A stretch of 64,000 nucleotides of DNA, from the NCBI RefSeq assembly GCF_018350175.1, contig NC_058383.1, positions 3,410,001 to 3,474,000 of the forward strand, read 5' to 3'. The position numbers and the translations under genes were made by a program. A model generated the notes under the pieces. The model saw only the letters and a list, made by a program, of their open reading frames with translations. It had not been told where the DNA came from and did no database searches. The DNA comes from Felis catus (Eukaryota). How positions within the stretch are numbered: position 1 is the stretch's first letter; every line of letters begins with the position of its first letter. Below, in pieces: positions 26,034-40,140 of this stretch.

Positions 26034-26249
26034 GGGGCGCCTGGGCGGCTCGGTCGGTTGAGCCATAAAATGAGGGGGTTCAGCTCGGGTCATGATCTCG
26101 CGGCTCGTGAGTTCAAGCCCCACGTGGGGCTCTGTGCCGACGGCTCAGAGCCTGGAGCCTGCTTCGGATTCTGGGTCTCTGTCTCTCTCTGCCCCTCCCC
26201 CACTTGCGCTCTGTCTCTATCAAAAATAAATACGTGTAAAAAAAAAAAA
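26034..26249 (+). mobile_element. CAN-SINE with TSD
   Basis: SINE head and tail flanked by ttagaa(g/a)taaagatgaa at 26016-26032 and 26250-26266. Confidence 0.93.
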
Positions 26250-29200
26250 TTAGAAATAAAGATGAAGGACCTGGTCCTCCAGGGGGCAGGTAGAAGGGAA
26301 TTCGTCACCTGTCATTGAGTCCCTCTATTCCTCAACTATCGCAATACTATAGAAGGGACACAGAGAACGTTCCAGATGCTTTCTTCTGGGCACTTAGGCC
26401 AGGGAGTATCCACACGCATCCTTTAGTTAGTCCACTTACTCTCAGAAAGATCTGTGGAATTGCTTTTTTCTAAATGGAATAATGGTATATTACATGGTAA
26501 AGCTGGCCGTGGAGTCCCATGTGATACCGAGAGCGTTTTCCCAAGAGAACGATTATTTAGAATTTTGTTTTTAGTAATGCACTATGATTATTGGTAATGG
26601 AATTTGCAACTCGGTGTGCCTTTTTTTGGGGGGGGTTCTTTTTCTGTTATACAAGCCAAATAATTTACTAGGTGGGTAAAAACTCCTCCCCACAGCACCC
26701 TTCCGAAAACGGCCAGTCAGGATGTCGTAAAGCCAGTGGGGTCTTGCCTTCATATGCTGCGACCCAACCCCCTCGTTTTATGGCTGAGCGCCCCACTGTT
26801 TTCTAGAGGACCCGGGTCTCAGCCCCAGGGAGCGCTAGCATTTGGAAGCACCGTCCACTGTCGGTGCTCCCAGCAGGAGAAAATGGACCCTGTCTTGGCG
26901 CCCTGGTCCCTGCCCCGGGGAAAACAGTTTCCCCACAAAATCGACAGCTCTTCCCATTCTGCACTTTTAGCCTCTCCCGACTCAACAGGTGTGGGTTTAT
27001 TTGCTTAGGCATTTTTGCTGCCGCCAGGCCTTGACCTTTTTCAAATGATGATATTCCTAACTGCCCACTTCTCTCCCCAAATCATGCCTGAGACCTCACG
27101 TTCCTTGATGTTGCATACCGTTATCATCACCCCTGATCGATCGGCTGTCTGTCGTCATCCATAAGTCCACAAAGCCTCCTTTATAAATTAAGTCAGTTCT
27201 GTCTCCATGGTGAAATATGTGCCTGGCGGAAATACTTAACATGCAAGACAGCCGGGAAGGACCTCCTCGTCCGCACGTGAGTCTCGATTACTCACCGGAA
27301 AATGGAGACGGCTAAGTACCTGGACAATTAATGTTTGCTTTAATTTGCCTACGTAATGACAGTAGATTTGGAAATACTTAAAATAATGAATTTGCTATTA
27401 AGAATCGCCTATTACTGTTAACTAGGGCTGCTTCATTTTCTTACTGGTGTGTTCGGGTCCTGTGCTTGGCACGGAGGGGCAGATCCCCACCGAGCTGAGG
27501 AGAGCTTCGGCCCTAGAGTTTGGCTCGTACTTGGGAGCCATTAAAGGTTGAGGGCCAGGAGCGACATGAGCAAAATGCTGTATTAGGAAGGCGAACCCGT
27601 CAGCGGCTGTGCGCGCGAGCTGGGGGCCCCCCGCGGCCTCAGCAACTCCAGACGGAAGGGCACGTGGTCTGGCTGTGAACCGATGAGTTCCCTGTTGCTG
27701 TGACGCAGGCCACGAGGAGGGCGTGGCTGGCACTTTCGGGTGGTGCTGCATAGTTTTCAAAATACTTTGCCTCTGTTCCCTCCGTGTGCCTCGAGACAGC
27801 GGGGCAGAGGACGCTCACGCGATGCACCTGTCCCTGGGTCGCTGGAGTGTGAACGGGGGGGGGGGGGGCAGCTGCTTCCTCGGCTCACTGGCGGGGATAG
27901 GACAGAACAGGGCAGGTCCGATGTAACCACTGACGCGTAAGCAAGCTGAACGCTGGCCGGCTCCGATGTAGCTGGTCTGAAATGCCGGGGCGCGGGGCCG
28001 GCGGGGCAGGCTCCCACCTCTGGATGCGGTGATCGTCCGGATGGAGAAGCTGACTGAGGCTGCTTCAGCTCCCTGGAAGGAGTGGCTTTCCCCGTCCTGG
28101 TGCGAGCGGGACTCCCATTAGCTCTGTGTGCAAGAGTGGTTCCCAATGTCCGTCTTTTTCTTCACTCTTGCTGAGCCCAAGTTCCTGAATATGCCGTGTG
28201 CAGTTTTCCCGTCTGTATCTTGGCTTGGCAGCTGGGTCCTCTTCTCTTCGCCTGGGCGTTGGATGGCTGGCATTGGAGCCCAGAGCCCGGAGCCCCTGCA
28301 GGTCACAGGGCACCCAGGGGCCATGGTCGTGACTCACACCTCCCCTCGCTGCGGGCGTTTCTGCTTTGATGTTGTGCCCTCCTCACCTCAGCATGGACGC
28401 AGGCAGCACGGCGCCCTTGTCCTCCCTCGGGCCTGCAGCCCTTTCCCTACGTGTGGTCCCGACTCTTCCTGTGTGCTTCACGTGACTAACGCCCTGGGGA
28501 AAGGACCCTATGCTTGTGTTTCCAGACCCTCCCCGACTCCTAACCCTACGTCTGTCCCTTGGTCCCTGGACAGAGCTTCTCAGGCGTTCGACAGCCTCTG
28601 AGCCTGACCCTCCTGTGAGGGGCAAGCCTCAGCCCCAGGACAAGTCAGGGTGGAGCCCTTGTTGACCACAGTGTTGGCATAACTGTCCCTTGGGCTTGGC
28701 TGTGGCACTTGTCAGGTACCAGGAGAGGGCACGAGCAGGGGAGGCAGCGGCCCTACAGCACGTGCACTCACACTGCACCCGTTCGGCCCCCGTCGTCGGA
28801 AGCGTCCTGGTCAGCCACCCCCAGCCGAACAAAAGGGAACCGGTAAATTCTGTCCCGGAACCAATGTTCCTACTGAGACAGGACACAAGTAAGAGAGCAT
28901 TTAGACTTGCAGTTGGAAAGAACCAGGGAGTGGGGGTGGGGAAGCTGGTCTGGAGTGGGGGCAGAATAAACCAGAGGGAAAGTGATCTGATTGGGAGGGG
29001 CCGCATCAGAAAGGAAAATCGCCACAGTGAGGGGCCGTGAATAATTTAGGGTTGTGAGCTGTCCTCTCACACATCTGTCTGTCTGCTGACCCCCAGAAAC
29101 AGCCCCTTCTTCTAGTCCATCAGGGCCTGACTCCACATTTACTACGTACCTGCCTTCCAGAAGCACATCAACCTTTCTGAGCCTCAAGCTCATCTGCCCT

Positions 29201-29769
29201 GACTCCTTGTGAGAGAAAGGCCTTGAGAGCCCTGAGCTCTTAGCCAGTATCCTGGATGCTCAGGTTGTTCTTGCTCCTCCTTCTGTGGCAACGCCCAGTG
29301 CCTGGAACCTACTGTATCTGCATGTTTCTGCAGCCGCAGTCGTTCAGAAAGAAACGGGCGCAATCTCTCTGCTGATAGTAAAATCTCAAGAACGATCTGT
29401 GCGCCTACTGTGTGCTCAGCGTTCTGTGACGGGCTGTGGCACTGATGCGTGTGCCTACTGTGTGCTCAGTGATGGGCTGTGGCACAGAGCAGGAGTAGGG
29501 AACACACCCAACACAGAGTCAAACCTGGGACTTGCGGCCGAGGCAGCGAGGAGAGACTAACATTTGTGAAATAAGAGTGAGCTGCAGAAGAAAGCAGCAT
29601 CACTGATGTGTGCTCACCCCCATTCATCCACAAGACCCATGTTGGGAGCATGCTTCGGATCGCAGTCGAGACAGAGGAAGATGCCATGGACGTAAAGAGT
29701 GGCTTTACTGGGATCTACATGGTAGGGCCACATCAGAGGCGTTGGGGCTCAGCTGTCTGTAGTGCTTAG

Positions 29770-30225
29770 AAATGGAGTCCAGCTGCTAGAAACAGACCCA
29801 AAATAACAGCTTGAAACAAAATAGAGGTGGGTTTTTATCTTTCTCTCCCCAAGAGTGGGCATTCAGCTGCACAGGGTCTTAGCGGCAGCTCCATGGTCAC
29901 CAGACGGTCAGGCTCCTTCTTTTCACTTTGTCATCTTTAGCATTTGCCTCATGGTTGCATATGAGCTGCTGGGATGCCAGCGGTCGCGTCCACATTCTAT
30001 AAGGAAGGCACAGGGGTACACCTTGTGGCCACATATGCAAGTACGTTTGCCTTTGACGAACTTTCTTAGAAGTCCTACCTGCTGCTGTGACTCATGCTTA
30101 CAATTCACGGAATATCTCCATGCCAGAAGCCCGGAAAGGTGCTCTTTCCGCCAGATACATTTCTGTCTGTTGCTAAGAAAGGAAGGGGGGACAGATAGTA
30201 GAGGGTAGCTGGCGGTTTCTCCCTC
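29770..30225. mobile_element. MaLR (MLT1-like) solo LTR
   Basis: cagctgctagaaacagacccaaaataacagcttgaaacaaaatagagg...ctcatggttgcatatgagctgctg...ttgctaagaaaggaaggggg resembles recalled MLT1J/K sequences. Confidence 0.65.
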
Positions 30226-33200
30226 TTTGCAATGACTCCTGCTGCGGAGTCAAACCCAGAGGATATGCAAGTTCTAGATATAAAATTGTACGATCGTCTG
30301 TCTCACAGCCAGCCGCATGCAGAGAGCCCCACGATCCTTGGGAACCCCCCACTTAAGAATTAGCAGCAAGCGGCTCCACAGCTCCCCGGGTCCTTGGCCT
30401 CAGACCCTCAGACTCAGCTGGTCTGTTTGGGCACCAGCTGAGCATGCTTGCTGCCCCTGGGAGCCCCTGTCGGTGAGCTTGGGGCTTAGGGTGCCCCTGG
30501 CTGCTGGTGCCGCGTGTAGAGAAAGCCTGCAGGCCTGAATTGGCCCTTGAAGCTGCAAAGAGAATAATTTAAATGTCTGCATATTAGAGGGGAAGAGAAT
30601 AACTCATAAAATTAATTATTTGTCAGCCTAATTTGGAAAGTTATTGGAACGTATACGCACATAACTCTGGAGTCCGTCAGGACGCCATGGGAACAGTTGG
30701 AAACGCCCCACCTCGGGAAGAATAAGGCTTCCGGCCAGCCCGCCTGGTTCTTCCTCCTCCCCTCAGCCAAGCGGCAAGCCTGACCCGTCAGGGGAAATGA
30801 GATGTAATTTGTCCCGACTTTAATAAGCTCTTTGGATTTCGCTCCTCTTGAGAAGGCATCAGAACGCCAGGGAGAGCTGGTGCGGCTCACCGACATGAGG
30901 CTGCATGTGACACGGTGCACAGTCATTCTCGAAGAGAACTCCCAAATGTCGCAGCCTCGGCCCCAGGGAGCAGAGTCAAGGGCGCACAGATCGGCCTGAA
31001 AAGATCGGCCAGCGCTTGCCCCGGGGGCAGGCACCCGCGTGCTGCTGGGCACACGTCTTTGGTCTCGAGTCTCTCTTCTTTATGGAAGCTCTCGAAGGAA
31101 AATAAGTCATCTGTGCCTTGAGTTCAGCACAATGTGGTATGGATCCTTGAAGAAATTTGAACCCACCTTTCCCCTGTCCCGTGCCCCCTTTTCTTTTCAA
31201 TCCCGTTTATTATTGAGATCTGCTAAAAATGTCTGGGGTCCACCTTGGTTGTCTCTATTCTCAGCATGGGCAAAACACCTTGGACACACAGGGATTATTT
31301 AATATAAACTTTCTCACTTCCCCTGCTCTTCACACCCCATCCACTGTCTGCCAATCCCACTGAATAGATTTTATTAGCAGTGCCTCCGTGACCTTTTCTG
31401 CTCCAGGCATTTTAAAATGCGACATATTAACTTACCAATCGGGCAGCAAAATTCTGATACAGTCACAGCCACATGAACTTTCCAAGGGGTGAGAGGAGAG
31501 GTCCCTCCTGTCCCAGTAGCTGCGACCGAAAATCCAGCAAACGCGGAACCCGCTCGTCAGATTTCCAGTGTGATTACCCAAAATGAAATGGAAGAGAACT
31601 TAAATTGACTCAGGAATTTCTTTCAAAATGCTCCAGAAATCAATATGTTCTCGGTTGCAAGGAGAAAAAGCCTTAGCGTGTAAGTTCTGCATAACTAAAT
31701 GCCCAGTGTAATTACCAGCATCGTTCTTACTGCCAATGTCAACTTCAGCAACCTTCCCATCATTTAGTAGGAGAGGGAAAGTACTGTAGTCACTTGAAGC
31801 AGTGAGTGGTCCAAATTCAAGGCTCACGCGATGTTTGGTTCCCAAATTCAGGCTTTGTTAAAAATGTTGCAACTACCCACGAAAGCCCCGTGAAGATACT
31901 GTGTGACCATGAAGTCCTCAGGTCACCCTGAGTGTGGAATCCTACGCGCTGCTGGAGCATGAGAGATTCTGGCTGGGTCCCAAAATGTGCCAGCCTAGAC
32001 CCGCGAACTTCCGTCCGTTTCTTCACCGTGTTCATAAAAATGCAGATGCGGCTTTTCTATGAAGGGTCCAAAGACAAATGATACTATACATCATCATTTT
32101 GAACACACCCAGGTTTTAATTTTTTTCTGGTTTTATTTCTTTATCATTTTTCTTCCTTGAACAGGTATTTTTGCGCTATAATGATTTATCCTGGTTTTGG
32201 AACATTACCTTCTAATGAAAGGGAAATATTTCACACTTAAAGAGAAATGGAAAAAACATTTGGTTATCCACATTTCTAAAACATTAGTAAAAGCCCCTAA
32301 ATGTTCACTTGGGCTTTGAAGGGTTTTCTAAAGTGAGGATTATAAATGAACACTCTGTTTGCAAGCTCCATTCGTACCTCCTCTTGGGAAATTCTCAATG
32401 TGGCATAAATGACATTGCACAAAAGATTTGTTTCTCAATCCTTAAGACTTTCTAGACCGCAGGCTGTGCCTACAGAATAGGATAATGTTCCAGATTCTCC
32501 CAGAGTCACCTAAAACACTAAGAACTGAACAAAATGATGTGGGATGTTCCATCAGGATCGGGCTTAATTCAGTCTTCTAGAATTTTCCGGAAAGAAAAGA
32601 AGAGGAAGCTAGCATTTTGGAGGAAGCCGCCCCCGACCAGTTTTTGTTGTCTTATCCTGCGCACCTGTGCTCCGTGCCTCACCTTGGTCATCGCCCCCCA
32701 CCCACCCTGCCCCCCGGACGGCTGTGAGAGATAGGTGTCTGTTTTTATTCCACAGAGGAAAACGGGAGCTCCAAGAGGTAACTCACTTTCCCCAAGTCAC
32801 ATGGCTGGGAAATGCTGGGGAAAACCTAGCACTCCTTTTCTCATTCTGCACATATCACCCATGGACAGAAATTACTTCCAGATTTCCGGTGCAGCTTGAA
32901 TACAGAAAAGAAGCAAGATCTCACGTCACTCGTGGATGAGTGGCAGGTGGGTGTGTAGTCCGCAAGAGAAAATGTCTTTCACACTGAAACCCAGGACACA
33001 TGCACACACACGCAGATACACACGTGAACAAATACACACACACACAGACACACACACAGCTGAAACAAAAGGCTCATGCGACAGTAGTCCCCCCTACACT
33101 GTGTGGTGTTCTTTGATATTTGCCATCCCGTTTCATTCCGTTTCACTCTTGGGTTCTCTAATAAATGCTGGCCACGGCCACTAAATTGATTTCCTGGTCT

Positions 33201-35308
33201 GCTAGTGCGTTGGGAGACCTGCAGTTTGAAAACCACTGAATTCGAGCAACACAGGGCGTTTGGTTGAGCTGAACCTGTGTCCCTTTCAGAAGAGGCTCCT
33301 CCAGTGGCCTGTAGGACGCACCAGGGTCCCCAAGGGAGAGGCCACCGCAGCCAACGATGAAAGCCCAAACAGGGATCCGAGCGGGGATACGGCAGGCAAC
33401 AGGCCTGGGCACAGAGCTACGATCCAGGGGTTGTAGGAGGGTTCCAGCCCCTGGATCTGCGCGGATGACCTCGTGAGGGAGGAGGGCTTCCCAGGGTAAG
33501 ACTTGGCCTTCAGTTGCCACAGGAAGACACAGGGAAAAATCGAACCGGTCTTAAATTGCTGTGACCAGCATATTGTTTGGTCACGTACAGACTGGCCTTC
33601 CCTACAAGCCTGGGGCTCTTCGAGGGCGGGGTCTGTGTCTGTATCTCCAAATCCAAGCACAATGCCTGGTATGTAAATAGACAAGGCATAAATGTATGTC
33701 TGATTGAAGACAGATGCTGATTGTTTCTATGTTAGTTTCCGGCGCTGTCTCAATTTACTCTCCATATCCAGCGTGATGCCTTCCCTCCCCTCCTGCCTCT
33801 TCTGGTCTCAGGAGCTCGAAGGAAAGCCCAGTGCCTGCCTGCTTGACCTCACACGCTGTGCCCCTCCAGCCTAAAACTGGTCCCGAAATAAATAAGGGGG
33901 AAAATAAGTTCAGAAAGGGACACACACAACTTCTAAAGTATTAAAATACTATTTTTTATTCAGGTCATTAAAAGAGACCTGAGCTTATTTATCCAAGATC
34001 TGTCCCCCTGATAACGCATTAGAAACGTTTAATGCAGTGAGAACATTCCGGTGTCTCAAAACAGCAAGAACCATAACAACCCAAGAATTTGTCCGCGGCC
34101 TGTAACTATCTGGAATTAACCATCACACCCGCCACAAAGATTGCAATAGAGACATCCGTGCAGCACCGCGTAGCCAATAATTCTTCCACATAACGAGCTT
34201 GCGGCCCCCCTCTTTGAGAGGCATGTGCATTTAATTCTGGGGAATTGCCCAGAAGAGTCAATGCCCACGAATCCCCACCAAGTTCTGGCTCTAGACACTG
34301 CAGCCCTTAGGATTTGATATCATCTACTCCAAGGATAATGAAAAAGGGAGTGTGCAGTTGTGGTGAAGACGGAAGACCCGTGTGCCCTTGCACGGCGCAG
34401 AGGCACTGCCGGGAGCTCCCGCCCCGGCCAGCGGATCCAAAGTGAGGAGACTCCTTCCCAGGCAAGGCGGGCCCCGCATGGCCTCACGCCAGGTGCTCAC
34501 CGACTGGGAAAACCGACGGCGCTCTTGAGGGCATTGAAGGATGAGCCGTTATTGCAGTAACACACTGCGTTTCACAGTTTATCTCTAACAGATAAGGTGG
34601 TGCTACCTTAATAGATAAAAACTGTGTTGGGCAAAGCACTGTGATTTCATTCCGTGCTAAGTTCAGCTAATTTTACAGCATTGTCACTGGGATGCTTGGC
34701 ACTCTTCGCTTGGGTTTACGTCAGTCTGATGGGGCTAACAAGCAGGGTGCAGAAGTCAGTCATTTTCCCACCGCAGAAGCCTGGACGCCCGTGTCCCCTG
34801 TCCCACGAGGCGCCGTGAATCTCTGAGCTGGTACTTCCCGGTGTCACCTTCTTCATTTGATCTGACATGTTGTGCGTCTCCAAAACATCAGATAGCTCTA
34901 TGGTCAGCGGAGTTTTGTTTAGAATGACCGTTAGTTTAAACCGATTCTGCCATTTGTGTAGACGGAAGCCAAGATGAATTGTAACGCTAGGCTGGAATTT
35001 ACTCAAGGGTGTTGCACATCAGCTTGCGTAATTTGCATAATATTGTTTGAATACTTGAATGAAACATACCCTTTCAGCTGCAGAGAATGGTTCGGGAAAA
35101 TTGCTCGCCCGGCATAATCTCAGGTTCTCTGGGCTGGAAATAACAGTACACGTTTCCTGGCAGGAAAGGTGGCAAAGAGGCTCGTGAGGACAGGAGTGGG
35201 GTCTTCTGCCAACCAATTAACCGGCTCTAAATGAAATGAAAGGTGATCGTCACGGGGAGGATGGGGGGAGGGAAGGAAAGAGAAAATGGCAGAAAAGAAA
35301 CCGCAGAG

Positions 35309-35465
35309 CAGTGGTTCTCAGTCGGGTCCCTGTGCCACTTGTTAGAAATGCAATCCTCAGGCCACGTAGACCCACTGGATCAGAGAGTCTGGGGGCGAGG
35401 CCTGCCGTCTGTGTTTCAAGAAGCCCCCAGATGATTCTGGTGACTCTGATCTGAGACTCACTTCT
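35309..35465. mobile_element. MER5A-like hAT MITE
   Basis: cagtggttctca...gttagaaatgcaatcctcaggcc...gtctgtgtttcaagaagcccccagatgattctg. Confidence 0.75.
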
Positions 35466-35899
35466 CTAGAGGTTGGTAGGTAGCAGAGGGCCGAAACCAC
35501 GAACCCTGTGAGTCTCTCCATATTTATGTCTCTGGCATTTTCGAAGAAAGGGGGATCGTGCCCGGGGAGGGTCAGTACCGTCAGCTGGAGAAAAGTGGTT
35601 CTTCCCATGAACGAGGGCACGCGCTGTGGGGAACGCAGGAACATGGTGTGTCTCACAGGAAATCTCAGCTGTGGTTTAGAAACTCTGATGGTTGGGTAGG
35701 AGGCTGAAGTCTTCCTTAAGATAAAGGTTATGACTCGGAAAAGAAAGGAAGATACAGGCAGTGGTCAGTGGCAAATTAGGGTGAGTGAGCTGTGTGGACC
35801 ACGACCAGCCACCGAGAATAATGCACGGGTGCTTGGAGGAGACCAGAATCTAGAAGAGCCTCTCCTCCACACTTGTGTCTTCAACATTTTCTAAGAAGG

Positions 35900-37130
35900 T
35901 GAGGCTACGCTTCAGTCAAGTCAAGCAGCTGATCATGTTTTAGTAACCTTTTTCCTGTGGCTTGATCTGTTCCCTGTCAAGGTTAATGGGATTTGTGTTC
36001 GAACAATAGACTGTGACAAGGGATGAGTTTCATGTCAGAAAGGATAGGAAGAACACATTCAACAGAAATTCTGTTGAGAAATTAAGGGTAGAGAGGAGAT
36101 GTGTACACGAAGCTATAAAAACACTCGCTAGAGGACAGGACTTCAGGTTCCACTTCAAAGAAGAATCGAGAGACCTGAGTCTATAATTGTCAGGAAGCAG
36201 TCACTGGGAGTCCCCTTTGGTCATTCAGAATGAACCACATCCCGCCAACCTCATTTCCTTTTGGAGGAGGGTTACTGAGTTGATAGATCCAAAGATTATA
36301 GTCATTCTGTAGCTTGACTCCCACTCATTCATTCATTTTCTAATTCACTCACTAAGCACCTTTGTGGCCAAGATGGGGAAATACAGATTGGAGGACAGAA
36401 TAATTCGATGGGTTCCCAGGGCTTGGCTTCACCCAAAGAGCGTAACTTGCCTGATACACCACCACTTGGAGGATAACTCCAGACGCAAAACCCATCATTC
36501 TTCTGGGCTTTTCTTGGTCAGCACCTCTACTGGCGACTTGGAGGGAACAGAGATGGCATGCGCATCAAATATGCAGGGGTCATGGCTCAGAGGGGATAAT
36601 TCGTGTATTCTATCCCCAGATCAGAAGTAAAACATAAATTGCTTTCTTAGATTGATGGTTGAAATCAAACCGAACATAAAAGAAATCAAGTTGGGACATG
36701 AAAGGTATGAGGGAAAATACTTCAGTTACGCACACACACCCCAGTCATGTGACAACAAGACGGGGAGACAGGACTTGCCAACAGTCACCATAGAAAGTCT
36801 CAGGGGATAGACGAGCGCAGACCCAAGGAGGACTGAGACCATAATCTTCGTCTGTACAGACCGTATGTTTCCGCATCAAGGCAGATCACAGTGCCAAGGA
36901 ATCCTGTCTGGCTGGATGCCAGTTGGGCACTTGGAGCACTGAGATCGGCTCCAGGTGCCTCAACGTGAGCGGTGGGGAGAAAACCTAGGCTTCTCGGAGG
37001 AGGAGACCGGTATAGAGTGGGCAGTGAGTGCTCCCTCAATCCTGCCGCGTGGGAAACAGAGAAACAGGATGTCCACTTGGCCCATAGTAGTAAAGCCCAA
37101 CTGGACATCCCTGTGATTTTCAAATAGTCT
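35900..37130 (+). mobile_element. L3/CR1 LINE reverse-transcriptase-region fossil
   Basis: ccaacctcatttccttttggaggagggttactgagttgatagat translates to a CR1-like NLISF..RVT.L.D motif, followed by VAKMGKYRLEDRIIRW. A CR1-like 3' region follows. Confidence 0.7.
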
Positions 37131-37559
37131 AACAGCTGTGTGTGTGGGGGGGGGACACTTTACCCAGGAGGCAGATGGGCATCACTGGTCAGAAGTTGTG
37201 GAAGGAGAGGTTTCAGTTGAGCATGAGGGAAAGCTTTCTCTTTGCCACACACGGCAGGGGTTCAGCGCGACCTGAACGGCGGGAACGTGGAGCTGGAAGC
37301 TGTGCCGACGGTAGCTGAGGGGCCACCCATCTGGGTGCCGTGGGTGAACCACGTGGCCTCGGTGGCCCTTTCCTCTCCTCCTCTGTCTGCACCGCCAGTA
37401 GGGCCATTTGTATGGCCCTTGCCTCTACGAAGCTTCACAGAGGAAGGATTCTTTGACAGAACTCCGGCTGTCATAATGTCATCGAACAGAACCGTGATGC
37501 CGAGTCGACTGTATGTCCTGGAGTACGTGTCCATGCCTCGGTACCTCCTCAGGTGCCTA

Positions 37560-38960
37560 CCCAGGTGTGGGGTTGGTGCGTGAATGGAATGGAGTAGGAA
37601 ATCCGGAAATGGACTCGGTTGCACGTGGAAATTTAGTGCCCAGTAGAAATGGCATCTTGCAAGAGTAAACAGAGACCAGCTTTTTGATAAGTAGTATTGA
37701 GAAAAGTGGATTCCTCTGTGGGAAAAGACGAAGCTGGGTCCACTCCCTACACCGAATTCAAGGGTGCATTCCAAACAGACCAGAGATGTCCATATTAAAA
37801 ACGGAACCCGCAGAAGTACCAGAAAAGAAAAACCAGCGAATTCCCCTGTGACCTAGAAGGGGGGGGGGGGGGGGAGTTCTCTATTATTCACAATCTGGAA
37901 GCAATAAATGGAAAAAAATGATAAATTTGACTACATAAAATGTTTAAATAGCTAAAATATTCTGTATACCAAGAAATACAATAAGCAGAGGGGGGAAAGA
38001 TACAGAGCAGACAAAATTATCTCCCAGACAAGTTATTAGCTGCACATTAAGCTCTGTCAAGAGCCTCTAAAAGAGAGAAGTAGTAGACCAATATGCAAAA
38101 GAAAGAAGTCAAGAAATAAGAAAATAGAATCAACAGCAGTGCAAATGCCCTTAGCCCCGTGAGAAGATGCTCCCTTCTACCAATGAGAGGAGCACAGAGT
38201 GAAGCTACACAGAGACACCATTTCTCGCCTGTCATTTTGGTCAAAATGTGAACATTTGACAATATTCTGTGATAAGGCTTGAAAGAGGGGCACACTTCTT
38301 CACGGAGAATGCAGCGTGATACAAACACGGAGAGGTCGATCGGCGCCCGACCCTGGATGCCGCGACTAGTGGGAGGAGGGTCCCCGTATCTCCTCCCAAA
38401 GCGTGTATGGATTACAGGGGGAAAGGATAACTCTGCTGAGGCCCAACCTGGCAGCAGGTGGTTACAGGGAACCTCCCCGGCGATGGCACAGATCACAATC
38501 GTGCAGAGAGGACTCGACGGGAGAACGGAGCACACCGCTGTGCTCCTCCTTCCTAAGATCCATAGCTGGAGCCTAACCGAGAAGAAACATCGGACGAACG
38601 CAAACTGACGTGACAGATGAGCCTGCAATAAATATCCCAAGATGTCCAGGCCGCGAGAGTCGAGGAGAAATTGAGCTCCAGGCTGAATACTGAAGAGACA
38701 GGATTAGTAAAGGCAGCGCAGGATCTGGACCGGACCCTACTGCCGCAGGGGACCTCACGGGAGAAGCCGGAGGACCTGACGACGAGGTACGCTTCTGGTA
38801 TCTGGGTTTCCGTGGCTGTAGGGCGGTGAGGTGGTGAGTGTCCTCGTCTCCGGGAGCCACACGGCACGGATTTGGGGAGGGGAGGGGCTTACCTTGGTAG
38901 CTCGCTATGAAACGATTTTGAAAAGTCTCTGTATAATCTCTGAAAGCGTCAGACATTTCA
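37560..38960 (+). mobile_element. Old L1 (L1ME-like) ORF2 and 3' fragment, sense to the gene
   Basis: aaatccggaaatggac...ggaaatttag...tgataaatttgactacataaaa...gagacaccatttctcgcctgtcattttgg. Confidence 0.65.
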
Positions 38961-39907
38961 AAATGGAAATTACCTGTCTCGTTTAAAACTATTGCGAATT
39001 CCTTTTCGTCTTCTACCCCAAACGGGTGGGACTTCTGGTGCCAATAACTGGCAGAGTGTCCACTCTCCGCTTTGTAGAAAGTTACTCCAGTGAGACAGAT
39101 AAAAAAAAAATTGGAGCAGCACGTACCTGAGACGGTCCACCTCAGCGCTAGAGGTTCCGGAAGGACCAGACCTACCCAAACGTCTGTCAGCAGCGTCCTG
39201 GGGGAACAAACCGGGCACGGAAGCCATTCTGCAGCCGTAAGAAAGGAAGGCGGGCATTCCTAGAACAGCCCCTGCAGGGAAAAGAGGGGGCACAGAAATA
39301 GATTCCGGGCTTCCATCAACTTTGACACCATGTATCTATTGTATCCGTTTATAAAACTCAATTTTAAGACACTTATAAAAAGTTCTAAAAAACTGAAGGC
39401 AAAAATTTAAAAAATGAATATGAGCGCATATTGAATTGGTGGCATAACCAAACAGAAAGCAGTGACTTCAGGTCTCTTTAAAACATGGTCATTTGACTGT
39501 ATGTCCCTAGCAGGATATACTCTAGGTGCAAAAAAAAAAAAAAAAGAAGAAGGGAAGGAGAAAGGTCTACAACTGTTTTCAGCAGTCATGTGGTGGTGGT
39601 GTTGAGTTTGGGTTTTAAGGCAATTGCATGAGCATTACGAGGTAAAGCAAGTAAGTATCATGTTGATGTTATTGGGAATGGAGATTTTTATCAAAGAAAC
39701 TGAGTTTGAAATAGTAGTATGATGTTTTACCTTTAAAAAAAAAAAGAATTTTTTAAAAGGCCTAGAAATAGGAACCAACCCCCTCGCACTGAGCTTCCTA
39801 GGAACCACAAAAATAAATGGGCTTTCTTGGATAAATAAATGGATGCTTCCAGGTAAGTTATCCAGCAGGTAGCCCATAAGGTGAGCCTGTGAGATCTTGA
39901 GAGCTCA

Positions 39908-39928
39908 AAAAGCAAAAAAAGAAAGAAA

Positions 39929-39984
<56 letters not shown>

Positions 39985-40001
39985 AAAAAAGAAAAGAAAA
40001 A

Positions 40002-40081
<80 letters not shown>

Positions 40082-40140
40082 GGAAGGAAGGGAAAGGAAA
40101 AGAAGAAAAAGAAGAAAAAGAAAAAGAAAAAGAAAAAAAA
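39908..40140. repeat. (GAAA)n / A-rich purine microsatellite within an L1 3' UTR fragment
   Basis: Seen directly. It is the source of the Lys/Glu/Arg and Phe/Leu/Ser pseudo-ORFs. Confidence 0.95.
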
